Shown here: positions 9,328 through 20,544 of the stretch, piece by piece
Layout: each line of letters opens with the position of its first letter
Numbering within the stretch: the stretch's first letter is position 1
Origin: Vicinamibacterales bacterium
GTDB lineage: Bacteria > Acidobacteriota > Vicinamibacteria > Vicinamibacterales > UBA2999
Direction: 5' to 3'
DNA length: 64,000 nt
Assembly (NCBI GenBank): GCA_041394705.1
Contig: JAWKHS010000005.1
Span: forward strand, 107,374 to 171,373
Made by a program: the position numbers and the translations under genes
Notes under the pieces: generated by a model
The model's database searches: none
What the model was told of the DNA's origin: nothing
What the model saw: only the letters and a program-made list of their open reading frames with translations

Positions 9328-10286
9328 CGGGCGCCCCGCGTCCGCACCCGCGGGTCGACGGCGGCGTGCACGACATCGGCGATCGTCGTGCCGATCGCGA
9401 GCGCCACCGCGCCAGCGGCGCCGCAGCCGGCGACGAGCCAGACGTCGCGTGCGCGCAGCGCATCCATCATGAGCCGTCCGATGCCCGGCCAGGCCGTCAC
9501 GATCTCCACCACGAAGCTGCCGCTGAACAGGCCGCCGACGATCACGCCGTAGGTGCCGAGGACGGGCGCGAGGGACACTGGCCAGGCGTGACGCCGAACC
9601 GCCGCGTCCACGTCGAGTCCGCGCGCCCGGCTGGCAACCACGAACGGGCGGCCCATCACCTCGCCAATGGCGCCGGCCTGCAGACGCTCCAGCGTGGCGG
9701 CCAGGGGCAGCGCGAGCGCGAGCGTCGGCACCGGCAGGTGCCGCGCGAGGTCCACGGCCCACGCGACACCCGTCACTCCGGCCGACGTCATGCCGCCGGC
9801 CGGCAGCCAGCCCGTGACGGCCGCCACGTAGACCAGCGCGAGGGCACCGACGAGCGGGGGCACGGAGAGCACGGCCAGCGACACGGCGCGCACGGCACGG
9901 CTCCCGCGGTCCGTCCTGGAGCCGGCGTATCGTCCAAGCGGCACGCCGATGGCCGTGGCCACGACGAGGGAGACGACCGCCAGGAGACCGGTGTTGAGGA
10001 AGCGCTCGCCCACCAGGTCGGCGACCGGGCGGCGAAACAGCGTCGAGCGGCCGAGGTCCAGCCGGAGCAGCCCGCGGAGCCAGTGGCCGTACTGCACGAG
10101 AAACGGCTGGTCGAGGCCGAGCTCGGCGCGCAGCGCCGCCCGCTCCGCGTCCGTCTGGTCCAGTCCGGCCACCGTGGCGGCATCGCCGGGGGCACTCCTG
10201 GCGAGCACCAGCGTGAGCGACGCCACGACCAGCGCGAAGACAGCGCCGCCCGCCACCCGACGCGCCGCGAACCACGCCAGCGACAT
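9324..10286 (-). CDS. ABC transporter permease (peptide/nickel, DppB/OppB-like)
   Basis: Internal ATG at 10286 (MSLAWFAARRVAGGAVFALVV...), 5 nt after the stop of the binding-protein gene. It has a six-TM profile and the loop SRARGLDVDAAVRRHAWP. The long N-terminal extension of track ORF 9324..12053 runs in another frame across the binding-protein gene. Confidence 0.9.
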   Translation of the reverse strand: MSLAWFAARRVAGGAVFALVVASLTLVLARSAPGDAATVAGLDQTDAERAALRAELGLDQPFLVQYGHWLRGLLRLDLGRSTLFRRPVADLVGERFLNTGLLAVVSLVVATAIGVPLGRYAGSRTDRGSRAVRAVSLAVLSVPPLVGALALVYVAAVTGWLPAGGMTSAGVTGVAWAVDLARHLPVPTLALALPLAATLERLQAGAIGEVMGRPFVVASRARGLDVDAAVRRHAWPVSLAPVLGTYGVIVGGLFSGSFVVEIVTAWPGIGRLMMDALRARDVWLVAGCGAAGAVALAIGTTIADVVHAAVDPRVRTRGAR

Positions 10287-10291
10287 GGACG

Positions 10292-12034
10292 CTACGGCGC
10301 GGACCCGACCACGCTGAGCGTGTCGGCGCTCCAGAGCAGTTGGGGCCGGTTCACGGTCGGCACCTCGTGTCGCACACGGGAGCTGACGGCGACGTACACC
10401 CGGGGCGCGGCGAAGTAGAGCGCCGGCAGGTGCCGGCTGAACACGAGTTGGGCGTCGCGGAACAGGCGGACGCGCTCGGCCTCGTCGACGGCGGCGGCCT
10501 GGCGCGTGACGAGGTCGTCCAGCTCGCGTTCCCAGTCCGTGGCCGGCGTGGGTTCCGCGATGTTCCAGATGTGCGCGCTGCCGCTGCTCATCCAGAAGTC
10601 CCGCTGCATCGCAGGATCGGGATCCGACGTGACGTAATTGAAGAAGATCGCCTCGAACGAGCCGGACATCAGGCGCTCGATGAGCGCGCCGGGCTCGAGC
10701 GGCACGACGTCCACGCCGATGCCGACCGCTTCGAGGCTTTCCTTCAGCACCTGCGCGCCGCGCTGAAGCGACGTATTGGATTTGAAGGTCAGGACGGTGA
10801 AGCGCGCCTCGTTCCCCGCCTCGTCTTCGAGGAACGCGTCGGCGTCCCGGTTCGCGAGCCCGAGACTCGCCAGGAGCGCTTCGGCCTTCGACCGGTCGAA
10901 CGCGTAGCGTGGCAGGTCCGGCCAGAACCACTGGCGGTTTCCCGGAGTGACGGGGCCGTGCACGGGGACGGCCGCGCCCAGGTAGACCGTGTTGGCGTAG
11001 GCCTCGCGGTCGACGGCGTGGCTGATGGCCTGCCGGAACTCGTCGGTGGGCAGCCACCTCCGACGAGGGTCCTTCGCCCACGCGCTTGGCCGCAGGTTGA
11101 AGAAGAAGACGTCCGGGTCGAGGGCCACGCCGACCTCGATCACCCGGACCGCCCCTTGGCGCTCGAGGTCCCGGGCCCTGGCGTAGTCCTCGGCGCGCAG
11201 CTGCTGCTGGGTGAGGTCGAGGCGCCCCGCTTGCAGCCCCAGCAGCTCGGCGTTCTGGTCGGGCACGATCTCGACGACGAGGCCATCGAGGTACGGCAGG
11301 GGCTGGCCGGCCTCGTCGCGGCGCCAGTAGTGGGGGTTGCGGGCCAGAATCAGCCGCTGTCCCGGCTCGTAGGAGCTCAGGACGAACGGCCCCATCCCGC
11401 TCATCTCGGCCGGTGGAGTCGTCGGTCCCCATGCCTGGGACATCGTGCCGTCGGCCTGGGCCCGTCCGAGACGGTGCTTGGGCAGAATGACGAAGTTGTC
11501 GAGCAGACGGAGACCGGGCCCGAAGGGCTTGGGGAACGTGACCACGACGGTGCGGCTGTCCGGCGTCGCGACGGTGAGCGGCTGATCGTCGATCAGGAGG
11601 TTCCCGGCCAGGACGCTCTTGACGGCGGGGTCGGCGATGGCGGCGAACGTGAACGCCACGTCCTCTGCGGTGAACGGCTCGCCGTCTGACCAGCGGAGTC
11701 CCTCCCGCAACACCAGCGTGTAGACGAGCCCATCGGGAGACGACGTCCAGCGCTCCGCCAGCCACGGCTCGAGTTCCTGGGTGGCCCGGTTGACCCGCAC
11801 CAGGCGGGCCTGCGTCAGGAGCGTGACGAACTCGGTCGCGTAATCGCGCGAGACCAGCCGGTTGAACGACCGGGGTTCGGAGCGGAGCGAGGCGACGAGC
11901 GTGCCGCCCCGGACGGGCGCCTCGACGGCGGGGCGTGACGGGCCGGGGCCAGGCCGTCGGTCGCTCCACCAGAAGAGGGCGACGAGCCCAACCACGATCA
12001 CGGCGACGAGGGGAAATCGCGAGTGTCGGTTCAC
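10292..12034 (-). CDS. ABC transporter substrate-binding protein, family 5 (peptide/nickel)
   Basis: The track ORF starts at 12151 with TTG. Codons upstream of the in-frame GTG at 12034 are A/T-ending and not gene-like. The GTG start gives VNRHSRFPLVAVIVVGLVALFWW, an N-terminal anchor. The body matches SBP family 5: GTLVASLRSEPRSFN, LVRVN, YTLVLREGLRWSDGEPFTAEDV, NPHYWR. The start is uncertain. Confidence 0.85.
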   Translation of the reverse strand: MNRHSRFPLVAVIVVGLVALFWWSDRRPGPGPSRPAVEAPVRGGTLVASLRSEPRSFNRLVSRDYATEFVTLLTQARLVRVNRATQELEPWLAERWTSSPDGLVYTLVLREGLRWSDGEPFTAEDVAFTFAAIADPAVKSVLAGNLLIDDQPLTVATPDSRTVVVTFPKPFGPGLRLLDNFVILPKHRLGRAQADGTMSQAWGPTTPPAEMSGMGPFVLSSYEPGQRLILARNPHYWRRDEAGQPLPYLDGLVVEIVPDQNAELLGLQAGRLDLTQQQLRAEDYARARDLERQGAVRVIEVGVALDPDVFFFNLRPSAWAKDPRRRWLPTDEFRQAISHAVDREAYANTVYLGAAVPVHGPVTPGNRQWFWPDLPRYAFDRSKAEALLASLGLANRDADAFLEDEAGNEARFTVLTFKSNTSLQRGAQVLKESLEAVGIGVDVVPLEPGALIERLMSGSFEAIFFNYVTSDPDPAMQRDFWMSSGSAHIWNIAEPTPATDWERELDDLVTRQAAAVDEAERVRLFRDAQLVFSRHLPALYFAAPRVYVAVSSRVRHEVPTVNRPQLLWSADTLSVVGSAP

Positions 12035-12266
12035 TTGTTGGCCGACCGGCCAAGATGTTGGCCGATCGCCTTTCTTACCGCTTTCATCGAAGAAAGCGGG
12101 AGGTTTGCACGCAGATTTTGCGATCGTCGCAGTTTCTGCGGCAGCAGCCAATCCGTTGACCGGCTGCGCCGTTCGGGGAGCGCCCCGAGACCGGCTGCCA
12201 TCCTAGGCCATCAAGTTATTTCAGTTCAACAACTTAGGGGCAGACTCCGGGCGCGAAGCCCGAGGG

Positions 12267-12282
12267 TGGCACTCACCCTGCC
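12267..12282 (+). promoter_or_regulatory. sigma-54 (-24/-12) promoter candidate TGGCAC-N5-CTGC
   Basis: TGGCACTCACCCTGCC has GG at 12268-69 and GC at 12280-81, so the spacing is GG-N10-GC. It lies 24 nt upstream of the ATG at 12305, with GGAG at 12295-98. A sigma-54 activator is encoded in the same locus. Confidence 0.6.
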
Positions 12283-12304
12283 ATCCATATCGGCGGAGTT
12301 CGCA

Positions 12305-12514
12305 ATGGACAGCAGCACCCAGGACCTGACCGGCTTCCCGTCCGCCCCTCAGTTGGGACGCAGCGTGTCCATCGAACGCGCCGCCGAGATTCTCGGCGTC
12401 TCGCGGAGAACTGTTTACTACCGCATCAGCGAAGGCGTCCTGCAGACCATCCGCACCAGGGGTGGTTCCCAGCGGGTCGTCGTGGAGTCGCTGACGGCGC
12501 CAGAGAAGCACTAG
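12305..12514 (+). CDS. small helix-turn-helix (excisionase/MerR-type, HTH_17-like) DNA-binding protein
   Basis: Internal ATG of track ORF 12023..12514, preceded by GGAG. The 69-aa product is MDSSTQDL...SIERAAEILGVSRRTVYYRISEGVLQTIRTRGGSQRVVVESL, the classic excisionase-family HTH. Confidence 0.7.
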   Translation: MDSSTQDLTGFPSAPQLGRSVSIERAAEILGVSRRTVYYRISEGVLQTIRTRGGSQRVVVESLTAPEKH

Positions 12515-12540
12515 CCACCCCCGGAACAGGACTGGACCCA

Positions 12541-14226
12541 ATGACTCGTCGCCTCCTTGCCGTCATCGCTGCTCTCGCAATCGCCGTTCCGGCGGCCGCC
12601 GCGGGCTCGCAGCGGCGTGCTCGTCTGTCTGCCGACCTCCGAGCGGAAGTCGGCCGGGGGAACACCAACACCGTGCAGGTGATCGTCGACGGCGACGACG
12701 CGACGATCAGCCGCATCCTGTCGCGCCACCCGCTGGACCTCAAGCGGCGGCTGCGCCACGGCGCGGTCGTCGAGGTGCCTGCGGGCCAGCTCGACGCCCT
12801 GGCCGGCGACCTCGACATCGGCAAGCTCTCGTCGAACGCGCTGGTCACGTCGCACATGGCACTGACCACGGCGACGACGGGCGCCGACGCTGCCCTCGCG
12901 GGCCTCGTCGAGACGCTCGGCGCCGTGAACGGCTCGGGCGTGGGTGTGGCCGTGATCGACTCCGGCATCGCGCGCCACCGGTCGCTGAACGGGAAGGTGA
13001 TCGCCCGGGTGGACTTCACGGCCGACGGGCGTGGGCGCGACGGCTACGGCCACGGCACGCACGTGGCCGGCATCGTCGCCGGCAGCGCCCTGCCGGGACG
13101 CAACGGCGGCGCGGCGGGCATGGCCCCCGGGGCGAACCTGATCGACCTTCGCGTGCTCGGTGACGACGGCTCTGGCGACGTCGCCTCCGTCATCGAAGCC
13201 GTCGACTGGGCCGTCGAGAACCGCGGCCGCTACAACATCCGCATCATCAACATGTCGCTCGGCACCGCGGTGACGCAGTCCTACAAGGACGACCCGCTGG
13301 ACCAGGCCGTGGAGCGCGCCGTGCGCGCGGGCATCCTCGTGGTGGCATCGGCCGGCAACCGCGGCCAGACCGAGGACGGCCGCATCGTGATGGGCAGCAT
13401 CACGGCCCCCGGCAACTCCCCGTACGTCCTGACCGTCGGCGCCGTCCGCGCCAACGGGACGGTCGGCCACGAAGACGACACGCTGGCCCCCTGGAGTTCC
13501 CGCGGTCCGACGCTCTACGACTACGTCATCAAGCCCGACATTGCGGCCCCCGGCAGCATGATCACGGCCGCTGGCGTCGACGGCTCCACCCTGGCCCAGA
13601 TTCGTCCGGACCGGCTCATCGGCCGCGGCGCGAACGCCTACATGACGCTCAGCGGCACCAGCATGTCGGCGGCCGTCGTCAGCGGCGCGGCGGCCCTCCT
13701 GATCGATGCGAACCCCCGCCTGACGCCGCTTGGCGTCCGCCTGGCTCTTCAGGCCTCGGCCGACTTCCTGCCCGACGCCGGCCTCCTCGGCGCGGGCGCG
13801 GGCGACCTGAACCTTGCCGGCGTGCTGCGCGACGGCGCCAAGCTGCCTACCCGCACGACGGCGGACCTCTTCCCGGTCAGCTGGGGCGTGAAGGTCAACC
13901 AGGAAATCGTCAACTGGAGCGGCGTCCGCGGTGACGCGTTGGTGTGGGGCGACACGCTGGTCTGGGGCGACGCGCTGGTCTGGGGCGACGCGCTGGTGTG
14001 GGGCGATACGCTGGTGTGGGGCGACACCCTGGTGTGGGGTGACACGCTGGTGTGGGGCGACACCTTGGTCTGGGGCGACGCGCTAGTCTGGGGAGACACC
14101 TTGGTCTGGGGCGAGGCGCTGGTGTGGGGCGACACCTTGGTGTGGGGCGACTCAATCATCTGGGGCAATTCCATCATTTGGGGCAATTCGATCATCTGGG
14201 GCAACTCCATCATTTGGGGAAACTGA
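12541..14226 (+). CDS. secreted S8 (subtilisin-family) serine peptidase with C-terminal Trp-hexapeptide repeat tail
   Basis: 561-aa ORF. The signal peptide is MTRRLLAVIAALAIAVPAAAAG. Catalytic triad contexts are VAVIDSGI (Asp), GHGTHVAG (His) and SGTSMSAAVVSG (Ser). The last 98 residues are 16 tandem hexapeptides. Confidence 0.92.
   Translation: MTRRLLAVIAALAIAVPAAAAGSQRRARLSADLRAEVGRGNTNTVQVIVDGDDATISRILSRHPLDLKRRLRHGAVVEVPAGQLDALAGDLDIGKLSSNALVTSHMALTTATTGADAALAGLVETLGAVNGSGVGVAVIDSGIARHRSLNGKVIARVDFTADGRGRDGYGHGTHVAGIVAGSALPGRNGGAAGMAPGANLIDLRVLGDDGSGDVASVIEAVDWAVENRGRYNIRIINMSLGTAVTQSYKDDPLDQAVERAVRAGILVVASAGNRGQTEDGRIVMGSITAPGNSPYVLTVGAVRANGTVGHEDDTLAPWSSRGPTLYDYVIKPDIAAPGSMITAAGVDGSTLAQIRPDRLIGRGANAYMTLSGTSMSAAVVSGAAALLIDANPRLTPLGVRLALQASADFLPDAGLLGAGAGDLNLAGVLRDGAKLPTRTTADLFPVSWGVKVNQEIVNWSGVRGDALVWGDTLVWGDALVWGDALVWGDTLVWGDTLVWGDTLVWGDTLVWGDALVWGDTLVWGEALVWGDTLVWGDSIIWGNSIIWGNSIIWGNSIIWGN
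13930..14223 (+). repeat. in-frame tandem repeat, 16 x 18 nt (+6 nt), encoding (G-D-[AT]-L-V-W)x12 then (G-[DN]-S-I-I-W)x4, G-N
   Basis: I read the repeat unit by unit: ggtgacgcgttggtgtgg / ggcgacacgctggtctgg / ... / ggcaactccatcatttgg / ggaaac. Differences between units are almost all synonymous: ggc/ggt/gga, gac/gat, ctg/ttg/cta, gtg/gtc, atc/att, tcc/tcg/tca. Confidence 0.95.
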
Positions 14227-16562
14227 AGCCCGAGCGTTGCCACTTCGAGAATTACTGGGCAGCGAGCACTCGACTGCCGTCGTAGGAACCCGAGGTAATA
14301 TATGAAGCCGCTCATCATCTGGGGCGAGTAGCCAACCGTTTCCTCCCGCTGTGGTAGACACTCGTCGTAGCGCCATCGGTCGTGTCTACCTCTGGGCGGT
14401 GCCGGCGGCCGGAATAGGGACGTTGGCGTGGGCTGTCACTGACCTCCTAGCCCATTCCCCGTCCCCTTACTGGATCGCGCTGGCGACTCTGACCGCCCTT
14501 ACCGGCTCGTTCACGGTAAAAATTCCTGGCATGGTGGCTCGGCTGTCGGTTTCCGAGCCATTCGTCTTTGCGGCTGCCCTCCTGTTTGGCCCCGCCGCTG
14601 GCACTGCTACGGTAGCGATCGACGCGTGCGTCATGTCGCTTCGGCTAATGCCGAGCTTGCGGACGCCTCACCGTGTTCTGTTCAACGTCGGCACCCTGGT
14701 ACTGTCGGTCGCGAGCTCTTCGTGGGTATTCTTCATCCTTTCTGGCATTGACCCGCGGGCACCGGAATACCCTTCAGTCGACTCCTTTATCTGGCCGCTT
14801 TACGCCTTCAGCGCTTGCTGCTTCTTTGTGAACAGCGGGTTGGTTGCGCTGGCGTTAAGCGTCGAGCGCAAGAGCTCGCCCGTAACGATCTGGCGAGAGC
14901 AGTTCATGTGGCTTTCGGTGAACTACTTCGCCGGCGCTTCGGTGGCTGCGCTCATTGTCGTCTTCGCCCGAACTGTCGACGTCGCGATACTTGGAATCGT
15001 CATTCCGCTGATTGCCATTTCTTACCTAACATTCCGCACAACCCTGGGCCGTCTAGACGACGCAAACAAGCACCTTGGCGACTTGAATTCGCTATACCTG
15101 TCGACCATCGAAACGCTCGCGATGGCGATCGACGCCAAGGACCAAGTGACCCACAGTCACATCCGCAGGGTACAGCGATACGCCACCGGCCTAGCGCGCG
15201 CGCTGGGAATACAAAACGAAAAGCAAGTCAAAGCAATCGAAGCGGCAGCACTCCTGCACGACATGGGCAAGCTGGCAATCCCTGAGTTCATATTGAACAA
15301 ACCCGGCAAGCTCACTAGTCGGGAGTTCTCGGTGATGAAGACCCACGCAGCCGTCGGGGCTGACCTGTTGTCGTCTATCCGGTTTCCTTACCCCGTCGTG
15401 CCAATCGTGAGACACCATCACGAGAACTGGGATGGAAGTGGCTATCCGGACGGCCTCCGCGGTCCCGCAATTCCAATCGGAGCCAGGATCCTCGCCGTTG
15501 TCGACTGCTACGATGCTCTTACTTCTCATCGACCGTACAGGCCAGCGCTCTCGGCCAGTCAAGCCCTAGAGATTCTGACGCAGCGGCGCGGCAAGATGTA
15601 CGACCCACTGGTCGTCGATGCATTTGTTCGCGAGCATGCCTCACTGAGCACGCAGGCCGAGTTGCAGGACTTCCCAACCGTTCTGCTCGCGACTCAGGCG
15701 GACGCCACGCCTGAACCCATTGACGACAAACTTGAGCAGCAAGACACGCCAATCGAGTCGCTGCGCCTTCTGGCCAGCGTGTCGGCGTTTCCAGGAGGTC
15801 CTCCAACTCGAGTCGTGTGCCGGCAGCTTGTCGACAGCTTGCACGCACTCGTGCCGTTTGACACGGCGGCTGTGTTCGTCCTTAGCGAGGCTTCAAGCGA
15901 TGCCGAGGTGCTGTATGTCGATGGCTCCGCCGCGCATGTCCTCACCGGGCAGCGTATCCCGATAGCGGAGCGCCTCACTGGCTGGGTTGCTGCACACCGG
16001 ACGGCGGTGTGGAATTCGGACGCAAGGCTTGATCTTGGACCGATGAATGCGAGCACCACGCTTTCGCTCGGCTCCAGCCTGCCGCTCTACCAGAACGAGA
16101 CTCTCTTTGGCGTGCTCTCGCTTTACGGTCGCCCCGAGCACGAGATCACCGTTGGCCAGCGACGCGCGCTGGAGTCATTGCTTCCCATTCTATCGGCACA
16201 CATTGGCGATTCCCTGGCACGTCCTGGTACTGCGATTGACTGCACCGCACCGCAGCCTCGAGAGGCAGCTTTGTCTGCGCTTGAGTCGCTGCTTTCACAC
16301 AATCGCCGCAGCAGCTCTGAGGACGCGGTTGCAATCGTGGCCGTCGCGATGTCTGCGCTAGTTTCAGACGGTGCGCCGCAGAATTCACTAGAAGCAGCGA
16401 CCCGGACTCTTGCGGTTCGGCTTTCGCCAACCGTCGCATCAAAGCGATGTGTTCTAAAGATTGCCGATGGGCATCTGCTCTTGTGCGGACTGGATAGCGT
16501 GGACGCCACCGAACTTGAGCAAGAAGTATTGACGGCGGCGAAAGTCTCGGCCCTGCAGCCAT

Positions 16563-19466
<2,904 letters not shown>

Positions 19467-19530
19467 GCGCGTCGACCGCCCCGAGGCGGTGTGGCCGTCG
19501 CTGCCCGGGGACCGGTGGGACCTCGGCGCC

Positions 19531-20544
19531 TCAGTTCGTGGCGGCCGTCAGCATGCCTTTCAGATGCTTCGCGATGTCCTCGTGCGTGGCGAACCAGACG
19601 CCGGGCTTGCTCTTCATGTGGCGGATGAGGCGGTCCAGCATCGCGACGCGCGAGCGGTGCCCCGTGTAGTGCGGATGCATCGTCAGGACGTAGAGGCCGC
19701 GCTCCTCCCAGGCCACGTCGAACTCCGACTGGAACACGGCCAGCACCTGCTCCGGCGACGGCATCGAGCCGTCGGCGGCGCCGAAATACGGCGCGTCGTC
19801 CACGATGCGCTCGATCGGGAGCTCGACCAGCCCCGTGGGCTTGCCATCGAGGTTCACCTCGTAGCCGTCGTCGCTGGCCATGAGGCTGCTGTCGTACAGG
19901 AAGCCCGCGTCCACGACCTGCTTCAGCGTGTACTTGCTGAACTTCCACGACGGCGCCCGATAGCCGACGGGCCGCTTGCCCATCGCCTTGGTCAACGTGT
20001 CGATGGACTGGGTCAGCAGCCGCAGTTCCTCCTGCTCGTCGTTCAGCACGGGCAGCCGCTCGTGGATCCAGCCGTGGATGCCGATCTCGTGCATGTTCCG
20101 CGACAGGATGTCCGGAATCATCTGCGGGTGCAGCAGCGAGCTCACGGCCGGGATGAAGAACGACGCCGGCACCTTGTGGGCGTCCAGCAGGCGCAGGATG
20201 CGCGGCAGCCCGTCCACCGCGCCGTACTCGCCGCGCGACAGCACCTCGTAGTCGAGGTTGCCCTGGGACAGCGCCATCGTGGCGTTGTCCACGTCGAATG
20301 AGAGCGCCACGGCGACCCGGTTGCCGCCGGGCCACGAGGCCGGCTTCAGGCGCCGTCCGGCGCCCACGTGGAACATCTCGGCCTTGAGGTCGTCGAGATT
20401 CTTGGTCACCCCCGGCAGGGGGTTCGCGCGCGGCGCGGCCGCACCGGCCGGCGCCTGAGCTCCGGCGTTCTGTTCTGCGCATCCGGCGGCCAGGCTCGCG
20501 ACCGCGACGACCGCGGCCACCGACATCAAGCGTGTGATCTTCAT
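19531..20544 (-). CDS. polysaccharide deacetylase (NodB/CE4-like) family lipoprotein
   Basis: 337-aa ORF. The signal peptide MKITRLMSVAAVVAVASLAAGC carries a lipobox. Deacetylase-family motifs are present: ALSFDVDN ... FFIPA ... HEIGIHGWIHE ... GYRAPSW. Its ATG overlaps the stop of the GMC gene (ATGA). Confidence 0.8.
   Translation of the reverse strand: MKITRLMSVAAVVAVASLAAGCAEQNAGAQAPAGAAAPRANPLPGVTKNLDDLKAEMFHVGAGRRLKPASWPGGNRVAVALSFDVDNATMALSQGNLDYEVLSRGEYGAVDGLPRILRLLDAHKVPASFFIPAVSSLLHPQMIPDILSRNMHEIGIHGWIHERLPVLNDEQEELRLLTQSIDTLTKAMGKRPVGYRAPSWKFSKYTLKQVVDAGFLYDSSLMASDDGYEVNLDGKPTGLVELPIERIVDDAPYFGAADGSMPSPEQVLAVFQSEFDVAWEERGLYVLTMHPHYTGHRSRVAMLDRLIRHMKSKPGVWFATHEDIAKHLKGMLTAATN

Noticed and set aside
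13930-14223. The 18-nt tandem array was considered as a CRISPR array or a non-coding VNTR.
   Set aside because: There are no spacers and the units are directly adjacent. They are in frame with the S8 ORF up to its stop codon. They differ mainly at synonymous positions. The minus-strand ORFs across the array (13749..14318, 13910..14155) are mirror artefacts of the repeat.
14238-14256. A reverse-strand TGGCAA-N5-GGGC motif lies in the S8/HD-GYP spacer.
   Set aside because: The GG-N10-GC spacing fits, but the -12 region is poor. The orientation would also drive transcription antisense into the 3' end of the S8 gene, with no ORF to serve.
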